Sequence record: NC_043427.1
DNA: 24,893 nt
Strand: one strand, 5' to 3'
The notes below the pieces were generated by a model, which worked only from the letters and a program-made list of their open reading frames with translations, was not told where the DNA came from and ran no database searches. This document shows, one piece after another, positions 16,517 to 23,777 of the stretch (positions are counted from its first letter, which is position 1; each line of letters opens with the position of its first letter). The position numbers and the translations under genes are program-made.

Positions 16517-17435
16517 CCTGACAAAAAAGGCTAGAGAGATTGCAAGCATACTTGGTGGGATTCTTTTAGGGCCCAATGATAACATTATAGTTGACTATCC
16601 AGCGGTTGCCCTTTATGTGCTTACGGCTAACAATCTAGACCTCGGTTTAGTTGCTTCCACGTATTTTCAGGCTAGAAGGAATATTTTCTATGCTATAGCT
16701 GAGGGAAGACCTAAGCTTCATTGGCTGGCTAGGGAGATGCTCGATAATTCAATTGTTATTGCTCCTTCTGAGTACTCTGCAAGCAAGATTAGCGAAGCGG
16801 GCATACATGTAGAGCGTGTTATCCATTTTGCAGTTACCCCTCCAAAGGTTGACTATGATTACGCTATTAGTCTGAGGCAAAAGTTCCAGGGGAAAAAGCT
16901 GGTCGTATGGGTGGGGGCTAACATGTATCGGAAGGGTGTTGATTTGATTGAGGATGCAGCGGAAACACTCGGTAACGATTATGCGGTTTACGTTGTAACT
17001 GGGCCTGGAGACTATAACATTAACGATATTAAAGCGAAGAACGTTCATGTTGACGACAGAGTGTTTAGGCTCCCCGAGGATAAGCTGGGGGCATTATATT
17101 ATGCAGCGGACGCACTCCTAATGACGACGAGGAACGAGGGGTTTGGGCTACCCTCTATAGAGGCTACACTAATAGGGACACCAGCAGTCATACCTGAACA
17201 CCCGGTGCTTCAAGAGGTCTTGGGAGACTGTGGGTTCTTTTACGAGGTGAGGAGGGTTAGGATTGAGGATTTCTTCGGCTTGATGGATATGGAATATTAC
17301 GAGCCAGATATCTCAACCCTGCCTGAAGCGATGGAGAGGGCTCTTAGGGAGGGGGTTTTAACTAGGTGTATTAGCGTCCTTAGTAAGAGGTTTGGCCCAG
17401 ATAATTACAAGGCGTTTCTTAGGTACTTGATTTAG
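16479..17435 (+). CDS. GT-B fold glycosyltransferase (GT4-like)
   Basis: VWVGANMYRKGVD and RNEGFGLPSIEATLIGTPAV motifs. Confidence 0.92.
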   Translation: MGRLLVRHSRAFSLTKKAREIASILGGILLGPNDNIIVDYPAVALYVLTANNLDLGLVASTYFQARRNIFYAIAEGRPKLHWLAREMLDNSIVIAPSEYSASKISEAGIHVERVIHFAVTPPKVDYDYAISLRQKFQGKKLVVWVGANMYRKGVDLIEDAAETLGNDYAVYVVTGPGDYNINDIKAKNVHVDDRVFRLPEDKLGALYYAADALLMTTRNEGFGLPSIEATLIGTPAVIPEHPVLQEVLGDCGFFYEVRRVRIEDFFGLMDMEYYEPDISTLPEAMERALREGVLTRCISVLSKRFGPDNYKAFLRYLI

Positions 17436-17440
17436 GAGGG

Positions 17441-18613
17441 GTGAGAGGCGTGAGAGTTCTGATAACAGGTGTAACTGGGTTCAAGGGCTCTTATCTTGCG
17501 AAGAGGCTCGTTGAGGAGGGATGGAGGGTTTTCGGGCTGGTCAGGGGGAGAAGCGATAACCACAGATTCGTAAGGCTTAGACTACTGGGGATTCTCGATA
17601 ACGTGGAGCTTGTTGATGGGGACATGACAGACCCTGTGAGCTTGCAGAGAGCGATAGCTAAGACCCAGCCGGACGTGATATTTCACCTTGCGGCTCAATC
17701 TTTCGTTGGAAGGAGTTTCGAGGCTCCGCTGGAAACATTTAACATTAACGCTTACGGGACGGTAGCCCTACTTGAGGCTGCAAGAGCTCATGTACCAGAC
17801 TCTAAGATAATCGTTGCAGGTAGCAGTGAGGAGTATGGTAAACAGTTCATATCGGAGATGCAGTGGGAGAGGAGCGGGAAGCCGGGTCCAGAGCCTAAAA
17901 GGCTCCCCGAGCTCCCGATTCGTGAAGACAACCCGCTTAGACCTGTTAGCCCATATGCTTTGAGTAAGGTTGTTGAGGACTTTGCTTGCCAGGCCTATGC
18001 TAGGATGTATAACATGGATTGTACAGTTCTCAGGGTCTTCAATACTGAGGGCCCTCTCAGGGGAGAGGTCTTCGTTACGGCATCAATAGTGAAGCAGCTT
18101 GTAGCAGTCAAGAACGGCTTGAGAAAATATGTCGAGCTAGGCAACGTTGCAGCTATGAGGGACTGGTCTCATATCGAGGACACCATTGAGGCTTATTATA
18201 ACGCTACAAAGGTGAGAGGAGGCGTTTACAACGTTGGTAGCGGGAGGATTAACAGTGTGCTCTACTTCCTTGTTAGAGCGTTTAACGCTGTGTTTAATGA
18301 TGAGGCAGAACTCGTTAGGATAGAGGATAGGAACGTTATTACACTGTTCCCAGAGGAGGTTGACGAGATGATTTTGAGTTACATGAAGGAAGGTGTTGAA
18401 CCATTCAAGCCAGGCATGAGGATATCTGTGATAGGCAAGAGACATAGTGTTGATGTGGTTCTTAGCAGAGAGAGGTTCAGGCCTGCTGACGTTCCTCTGC
18501 TACAAGCTGACTATTCAAGGTTTGCACAAGCTACTGGATGGAAGCCTATGAGGAGCCTAGACGACATCATAGAGGACCTTGTAAGCTTCTATACTGGAAG
18601 GTGGAAGCCTTGA
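17441..18613 (+). CDS. gmd: GDP-mannose 4,6-dehydratase-like extended SDR
   Basis: TGVTGFKGSYLA Rossmann loop, HLAAQSFV, SSEEYG, YALSK (YxxxK), FNTEGPLRGEVFVT and LGNVAAMRDW; substrate is inferred from motif resemblance. Confidence 0.75.
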   Translation: MRGVRVLITGVTGFKGSYLAKRLVEEGWRVFGLVRGRSDNHRFVRLRLLGILDNVELVDGDMTDPVSLQRAIAKTQPDVIFHLAAQSFVGRSFEAPLETFNINAYGTVALLEAARAHVPDSKIIVAGSSEEYGKQFISEMQWERSGKPGPEPKRLPELPIREDNPLRPVSPYALSKVVEDFACQAYARMYNMDCTVLRVFNTEGPLRGEVFVTASIVKQLVAVKNGLRKYVELGNVAAMRDWSHIEDTIEAYYNATKVRGGVYNVGSGRINSVLYFLVRAFNAVFNDEAELVRIEDRNVITLFPEEVDEMILSYMKEGVEPFKPGMRISVIGKRHSVDVVLSRERFRPADVPLLQADYSRFAQATGWKPMRSLDDIIEDLVSFYTGRWKP

Positions 18614-19269
18614 AGGCCCTCCAACGGATGGAGAAAGTGGTGGAACAGGCCAAGAAATGGGCTAGCAAGGGAGACGGAATCATTAGCGGTAGTGTTGCAG
18701 CATGGCTACAGGGAATTAAATTGCAGCTTCGAGACGCAGACATAATTGTTAAGAAGATGCCTAGCATTAAGGAAGTGGAGATAGTGAAGGCCGAGAGGGT
18801 TGTTTACGGGAGCACTATAAACGACGTTGTTGCATTCATTGATGATGGGGTTGGTGTGGAACTAGTTGCTAATCCAGTTGTGTACAGGTACCTTGCTGAG
18901 AGAGGTGTTGTGGTTGATGGGCTGAAGGTTGTGTCGTTGAGTGAAGTATTTGCAATGAAGCTGGCAAAGCTTGCAATAAGCCTTGGAGCCAGTAAAGCAG
19001 ATATTATCTGGCATCAAGTGCCAAAGACGGTATCAGACTTACTGTTGCTTTACGATGAAGGCGTTGTTGATTTTGCCCGTGTAAGAGATTTCATCGAGAC
19101 GTTTGGGTTCAGGGACGCTATTGCATTGCTAAGATACAGCCATATTGCTCTTGAAGTGCAGATGTCGTTTACTCTAGCATCATACTATCTTGGAATATAC
19201 GATTACGAGGAGGTTATGGAGATTTATCGAAGCATGATGAGGGAGACGTTGGAGGTGCTCGGGGTATGA
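18610..19269 (+). CDS. Pol-beta-superfamily nucleotidyltransferase (AbiEii/MenT-like) paralog 1
   Basis: IISGSVAAWLQG...RDADII, VELV, and KVVSLSEVFAMKL...SDLLLL; start TTG 18610 (TTGA overlap) or ATG 18628. Confidence 0.75.
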   Translation: MKALQRMEKVVEQAKKWASKGDGIISGSVAAWLQGIKLQLRDADIIVKKMPSIKEVEIVKAERVVYGSTINDVVAFIDDGVGVELVANPVVYRYLAERGVVVDGLKVVSLSEVFAMKLAKLAISLGASKADIIWHQVPKTVSDLLLLYDEGVVDFARVRDFIETFGFRDAIALLRYSHIALEVQMSFTLASYYLGIYDYEEVMEIYRSMMRETLEVLGV

Positions 19270-19865
19270 GGTTAAGGGCTTACACGTTAGAAGACCTAGC
19301 TAGAGTCTATAAAAAGGTAGATGCGAAGTTCAAAGTCGTTGTTGGGGATATTGTGGCCTGCATCTATGGATATCCTTGCTTGGCTAAAGACATTGACTTA
19401 GTTATGCCGCTTGAGCTAGCTGGGAGGCTCAAGAACCTGCCAGGCGTGAAACTCGGAGAAGGCAAGGTTGTTGAAACAGAGATTGACGGCATAAACGTTA
19501 GCTTCAACCTTGAGCCCATGTTCAGGCTTAAGCTATTCTACATGCCTTTTATTGAGGTATCAAGGATTAACGGGGTAGAGGTTGCTCATTACTCTCTGGA
19601 AAGGTATGTTGCTGGACGGCTGAAAAGGCTAATAATAATGCTAAGGAACGGGAAGGAGAATATCTATCTCATACCTTATCAGTTGATGGACTTGGTGCCA
19701 ATCCTGTGTGATAAGAGAGAGATACTATTGGGGGCTAGGCGTATTCTTGAGAGGAGGTTTGACATGGATTATAACGAGTTGTTGCGGATGAATAGGGACA
19801 TTATTGATGCTGCAAACAATATGAGTAGAGACATATTCGGAGTTGCTTGCAGATGGTCGTGGTGA
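19266..19865 (+). CDS. Nucleotidyltransferase-fold paralog 2 (degenerate)
   Basis: VVVGDIVACIYGYPCLAKDIDLV and YSLERYVAGRL...MDLVPIL; ATGA overlap. Confidence 0.7.
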   Translation: MRLRAYTLEDLARVYKKVDAKFKVVVGDIVACIYGYPCLAKDIDLVMPLELAGRLKNLPGVKLGEGKVVETEIDGINVSFNLEPMFRLKLFYMPFIEVSRINGVEVAHYSLERYVAGRLKRLIIMLRNGKENIYLIPYQLMDLVPILCDKREILLGARRILERRFDMDYNELLRMNRDIIDAANNMSRDIFGVACRWSW

Positions 19866-19868
19866 ATC

Positions 19869-20537
19869 GTGGTGGTATGGATAAGGGATAGGTGTTGCTT
19901 GAGGGCATTAAGCCTTGCAGAAGCCGTTTTAAAGGAGAGTACAGCGTTCCCTGCTGGGAGCCTTTTGCTCCTCAAGGGTGGTGTTCAGACTTACTTTAGG
20001 GATATTGATATTATGAGTACTGTTGAGGATTACGAGAGGAATGCTGAAGTTTTCAATAGAATCCTGAGTGAATGCACAGTCTTGAAGCATAGATGGCTTG
20101 CTAGGAGCTGTTTTGGTTGCCCTGTCGAGCTTATACCCGTCCCGAGCTTCCTAAAGGAAGAATACGAGAGGAGGGGCCCAGTAGAGTTTTGGCTTGGAAC
20201 TAACATTGCGAAACTTACACGTTGGAAGCACGAGTTCACGGCTGCAAAGTTCCTAGCAAAACTTTTTGTCGTGTTGTCCCAGGTGGATGATATTAGCATT
20301 GAAGATGTTAGGGAGCACTTAGAGGTTCAGAGGAAAGTTGGTTACATGCGGGGTAAGATTCAGATTAAAAAGAGCACGTTTACTCCTGCATATTATCTTT
20401 ACAGATACATCTATATTAGCGATGATACGAGGTTTGTTGAAGCAGCTTATGAGCACGAGTTAGGCGTATTCTCATCAAGGCTTATTGCATTTTTTGAGAG
20501 GCTTCGCTCACACGGAATACCCGTTGAAATCCTTTAG
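19869..20537 (+). CDS. Nucleotidyltransferase-fold paralog 3
   Basis: FPAGSLLLLKGGVQTYFRDIDIM and PVELIP. Confidence 0.65.
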   Translation: MVVWIRDRCCLRALSLAEAVLKESTAFPAGSLLLLKGGVQTYFRDIDIMSTVEDYERNAEVFNRILSECTVLKHRWLARSCFGCPVELIPVPSFLKEEYERRGPVEFWLGTNIAKLTRWKHEFTAAKFLAKLFVVLSQVDDISIEDVREHLEVQRKVGYMRGKIQIKKSTFTPAYYLYRYIYISDDTRFVEAAYEHELGVFSSRLIAFFERLRSHGIPVEIL

Positions 20538-20550
20538 AAACCTTTATTAT
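20537..20550 (+). promoter_or_regulatory. Putative archaeal promoter
   Basis: GAAACCTTTATTAT about 36 nt before ATG 20586. Confidence 0.55.
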
Positions 20551-20585
20551 GGGTCTGCATCATTGTATATGGATGGTGCCCAGCG

Positions 20586-20828
20586 ATGGACCCGGAGCTG
20601 AAACCCATTATTCGGCTTATCCTTCTAAGGCTCGTGGAAGAGCCCGGGGCAAGAATGAAATATAGAAAGCTTTACAGATATGTTCAAGAGCACGCAAAGA
20701 AATTCGGGGTATCCCCAACTGAAGCCATTTACGCAGCAGCCAACCTAGACCTTATTGTTATTGAGGGAGACGAGGTAAGGCTGACAGAGAAGGGGGAGAA
20801 AGAAACATTTATAATAATGGGATGGTAG
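20586..20828 (+). CDS. Winged-helix DNA-binding protein
   Basis: LDLIVIEGDEVRLTEKG wing/terminal helix motif. Confidence 0.7.
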   Translation: MDPELKPIIRLILLRLVEEPGARMKYRKLYRYVQEHAKKFGVSPTEAIYAAANLDLIVIEGDEVRLTEKGEKETFIIMGW

Positions 20829-20848
20829 CTAGAGTTATGGTGAGGGTT

Positions 20849-21019
20849 ATGGCTAGCCCATTAGATTTATCATCAATATTCGGCCAGCTAGTGCCAATAT
20901 TCGTGTTCATCATGATATTTGTACTGCTGATTACGCTGTTCAAGACCCTCTTCAGAACAATATCAGGGGCCTCTGCTAGGAGGTTTCCAAGCATCTTAGC
21001 TAGGATAAGGGGCAGGTAA
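20849..21019 (+). CDS. Small hydrophobic MASP-family protein 3 with a basic tail (56 aa)
   Basis: MASPLDLSSIFGQLVPIFVFIMIFVLLITLF; ATG 20849 after GGTGAGG. Confidence 0.8.
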   Translation: MASPLDLSSIFGQLVPIFVFIMIFVLLITLFKTLFRTISGASARRFPSILARIRGR

Positions 21020-21032
21020 GGAGGGGATAGCC

Positions 21033-21305
21033 ATGCCCACGTTCAAGGTCTATCTCTGGGAGTGGGATACTGAGAATGGAGAGTATGTCTATCGAGATTA
21101 TGAAGGAGAGACAGTAGAGGCTGCAAATGAGGAGGACCTCTGGAGGACGCTTGAGAGTTGGCTTAGGGATATAGCTAAGGAGGCTGCAGGGGAAGGCTGG
21201 GACTGTGAGTTTACACCTAATGCAGAACTACTCTGTACAAGATGTGAAGAGGGATACTGTGAATCGAGGCAGATAGGCTATGATGTAGAAAAGGTTAGCC
21301 CATAA
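21033..21305 (+). CDS. Small acidic protein (90 aa)
   Basis: GGAGGGG RBS; 23 D/E against 8 K/R; four Cys. Confidence 0.75.
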   Translation: MPTFKVYLWEWDTENGEYVYRDYEGETVEAANEEDLWRTLESWLRDIAKEAAGEGWDCEFTPNAELLCTRCEEGYCESRQIGYDVEKVSP

Positions 21306-21342
21306 CACCTTTTAGCCCAAAAGCAGCCGAAATTAGAAACGG

Positions 21343-21627
21343 GTGGAAGGCTTGGAAAGGGATGTCTTCTGTGTTGTGGCTGGTAAGGGCTATCAGGGGA
21401 CATCTGTAGTTGGGGCTACTATCGTGTGCTATAGGACGTATGATGACACAAAGCAGATAACTATCAAGGCTACTAAGGCTGGGAGGACAATGGGGGGTAG
21501 GAGTGTCTGGAGAATGTGGATTGAGGGAAGACCCGAGACCGAGAACACAGTATTTATTAGAAGGGCAACAGAGGAGGAGCTTAGGAGGATGGCACATCTC
21601 CTATTCGGGCACATGGTGCCAAAGTGA
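21343..21627 (+). CDS. Hypothetical protein (94 aa)
   Basis: ORF in the co-oriented accessory cluster. Confidence 0.6.
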   Translation: MEGLERDVFCVVAGKGYQGTSVVGATIVCYRTYDDTKQITIKATKAGRTMGGRSVWRMWIEGRPETENTVFIRRATEEELRRMAHLLFGHMVPK

Positions 21628-21739
21628 TTAGTTGAATACTCAGAAGAGGTTGGGGATGTCCTCTAACCCCTCAAACCTTAATTTTATCCTGGGGTAGCTC
21701 CCTTGTTTGAGGTGTTGATACTGATGAGGCTATTCAGAG

Positions 21740-22000
21740 ATGTTCTTAGAGGGCTCAAGCTATTCTTCAAGAGTTTTTTTCGATAGAGACCCTGCCTGGG
21801 TTAAGAGGTTCAAGTATGAAGTCAAGCTCATCCATGAGCAAGGAGGAAGAATCATAAAGGCTGTGGAGTGCAATGATGGATATGCTATGGTCTTTGAGGT
21901 AAAAGGAAAGAGATATTATCAAAGGTGCTGGAGTAGAGGCATAATAGTATCATGTTATACAGGATATGTGGAGGGAAGGAAGTATGGCAGCCTATGTTGA
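21740..22000 (+). CDS. Hypothetical protein (86 aa)
   Basis: ORF downstream of a TATA-like intergenic stretch. Confidence 0.6.
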   Translation: MFLEGSSYSSRVFFDRDPAWVKRFKYEVKLIHEQGGRIIKAVECNDGYAMVFEVKGKRYYQRCWSRGIIVSCYTGYVEGRKYGSLC

Positions 22001-22109
22001 TGATTATGATGAAGAATGCAAGGAAATCTGCAAGAGGATATGCAGGGAGCTTAAGCATAAGAAGGAAGAAAATGAGTATGAGCTCTATCAGGGGACCATA
22101 GGGCATTAG
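21984..22109 (+). CDS. Small charged Cys-containing protein (41 aa, MAAYVDDYDEECKEICKRICRELKHKKEENEYELYQGTIGH)
   Basis: ATG after GGAGGG; Cx3Cx3C; fills the gap; not in the ORF track. Confidence 0.55.
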   Translation: MAAYVDDYDEECKEICKRICRELKHKKEENEYELYQGTIGH

Positions 22110-22120
22110 GGGGATTCCAC

Positions 22121-22456
22121 ATGGTTAAGGTCTATGCCATTGACAGGGATGGAACTCTTGAGACTGGAGAGCCTCCAGGTCCTCTCAAGATATGCCAAGT
22201 CCTCAAGCTCCTCAAGCAAGGACACATCCTCTACTCCTATGGAAATTACAAGCTGATTGAGGAGCTGCCCATTCCCTATGCCCCAGGGAGGGACAAATGG
22301 CAGAGGCTCAAGTGGATAATGGAGAGGCATCCTGATGCAGAGGAGTACATCTATATTGATGATGTGGACCAAAAGATGCCTGGATGGAAGTGGCTTAAAC
22401 CCGAGGAGGCAGCAAGGATGATAGGACCGTGCCCCCATGAGGAGAGGGCCCTATGA
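22121..22456 (+). CDS. Minimal capless HAD-superfamily phosphatase
   Basis: Motif I AIDRDGTL, motif II LYSYG, motif III Lys (DKWQRL), motif IV YIDD. Confidence 0.75.
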   Translation: MVKVYAIDRDGTLETGEPPGPLKICQVLKLLKQGHILYSYGNYKLIEELPIPYAPGRDKWQRLKWIMERHPDAEEYIYIDDVDQKMPGWKWLKPEEAARMIGPCPHEERAL

Positions 22457-22690
22457 GGAGCGGGGAGCAATGACTGGGGAGCCCCACCTGAGGGGTGTGT
22501 GCCAAAACCTCTCCTATAATAAAAATCTCTCCTTAGTAGGCTCGGGAAATGAGAAGAATAACCCCCCGGGATTGGGAGGCCCAAAGGAGAAACCATCAAA
22601 GGGGAAATGGCACACAGGACCATAATTCCAACTCTACATAGTCTAGGGAGTATCCTTAACTGAAGGCCTCTTCCTCATTGTTTAGAGGGG

Positions 22691-22718
22691 GTTTTGGCAC
22701 AGACACAAGTGCCAAAAC
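22691..22718. repeat. Perfect 10-bp inverted repeat with 8-nt spacer (recombinase core-site-like)
   Basis: GTTTTGGCAC-AGACACAA-GTGCCAAAAC; the same arm occurs at 14127, 14170 and 22499. Confidence 0.9.
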
Positions 22719-22759
22719 TGTGCCAGCATCATTGTCCATATGAAAAGGTCATCAGATAA

Positions 22760-22839
22760 TGGGGGTCCCAATCCGCTTGCTTATGGTATCCCAGCCATGA
22801 GGCTCATGGTATCCCAACTTCATCAGTCATGGTATCCCA
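22760..22839 (+). repeat. Iteron-like direct repeats with 23-bp period
   Basis: ATGGTATCCCA at 22783, 22806 and 22829; a degenerate copy ending TCCCA at 22770 is in register. Confidence 0.9.
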
Positions 22840-22860
22840 CATTATCATTACTATGTTTCA

Positions 22861-22905
22861 AAGCCCTCTTTCAAACATCATGAATCATTGATGTGAATAG
22901 GGCTT
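22861..22905. repeat. Imperfect hairpin
   Basis: AAGCCCT/AGGGCTT, TTC/GAA and ACATCA/TGATGT stems around an 8-nt loop. Confidence 0.7.
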
Positions 22906-23034
22906 CGGCCTGTGCCAATTTGCAAGTTTTGAGTTAATAGGCATAAGAGTTTAGCTTATAGATGGTACAGAAGAGTTGTGTCTTTAAGCCAATCACCTTA
23001 CCAATTAAGGTATGTTTCCCAGCATACTCTAGCC

Positions 23035-23117
23035 TACCATCAAGTATGCTTTTTTCCATTCACTTAGAATACCCGAAGCTTACCATTCAGTATGCATAGT
23101 AATACCATCAAGCATAC
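23035..23117 (+). repeat. Dispersed TACCAT-containing repeats upstream of the wHTH/RHH cluster
   Basis: TACCATCAAGTATGC (23035), TACCATTCAGTATGC (23081), TACCATCAAGCATAC (23103). Confidence 0.7.
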
Positions 23118-23148
23118 CATCATGGATGCTAGGTGGATATATCGGGGT

Positions 23149-23496
23149 ATGCTCCTTAAAAGTGCGGTCTCCACAAGAAACAATATCGGTCGGAGGGGTT
23201 TGGTGGTGGATGAGGAATCATTCACCACAATCTTAAGGAGGCTTCATATGCCAGGATACCTCAAGGCTCTGCTGTACATCGCATATAAGTCTAAGAAGAC
23301 GGAGAACGGGGTTGTGCAGCTTCCGTTAGTGCTGAGAAGAAGCAAGTACCCGTTTAACCGCAACGACATCTATAGGCTTGAGTATGAGGGGATGATTGCT
23401 ATGGTTAAGGAAGAGAATAGGATAGTCGTTTCAATGCTTGCTAAGGGCTGGGAGGAGCTCAAGGCTTTAAGAGAAATCTTGGAGGTGGTCTCATGA
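23149..23496 (+). CDS. Winged-helix DNA-binding protein
   Basis: DIYRLEYEGMIAMV...VSMLAKGWEEL; ATG 23149 follows GGGGT (upstream ATGs are possible). Confidence 0.7.
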   Translation: MLLKSAVSTRNNIGRRGLVVDEESFTTILRRLHMPGYLKALLYIAYKSKKTENGVVQLPLVLRRSKYPFNRNDIYRLEYEGMIAMVKEENRIVVSMLAKGWEELKALREILEVVS

Positions 23497-23777
23497 AGGT
23501 GATTCAGACAAAGTTGGGTGAGGAGGAGTATAAGGTTCTAAAGGAGATTGCAGAGGCTCAAGGAGTCAGCATGTACGAGCTCGTTAGAAGGATAGTGTTG
23601 AAGGAGCTTGCAAAGATGGGGAAGGTAAAGCGGGATAAGATTAACAGTCAAGACAGGCTAGAGGAGCTTGAACATAGGGTATCAATGTTGGAGGAGCGAG
23701 TTAAGAGAATCGAGACGGATATCAAAGAAATCAAGCAACGACTCCAGAGGAACTCGATTGATAGGTGGGTGAGATAA
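23493..23777 (+). CDS. RHH protein with C-terminal leucine zipper
   Basis: KVIQTKLGEEEYKVLKEIAEAQGVSMYELVRRIV and LEELEHRVSMLEERVKRIE. Confidence 0.85.
   Translation: MKVIQTKLGEEEYKVLKEIAEAQGVSMYELVRRIVLKELAKMGKVKRDKINSQDRLEELEHRVSMLEERVKRIETDIKEIKQRLQRNSIDRWVR

Noticed and set aside
21669-21712. 8-bp inverted repeat CCTCAAAC/GTTTGAGG around a TATA-like element
   Set aside because: It occurs once, and 8-bp arms at this spacing are expected by chance in 25 kb
1370-22623. The many minus-strand ORFs in the track (e.g. 1370-1555, 4713-5042, 8916-9290, 14357-14704, 22106-22438)
   Set aside because: They are antisense shadows of well-supported + strand genes, Ser/Leu/Pro-rich and without RBS
22437-22625. 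62-aa ORF after the HAD gene
   Set aside because: It has G/P/K/N-rich non-globular composition, weak initiation signals and overlaps a repeat arm (22499); it is probably non-coding
22760-22839. Possible mini-CRISPR array
   Set aside because: 11-bp repeats with 12-bp spacers are far too short for CRISPR repeats and spacers
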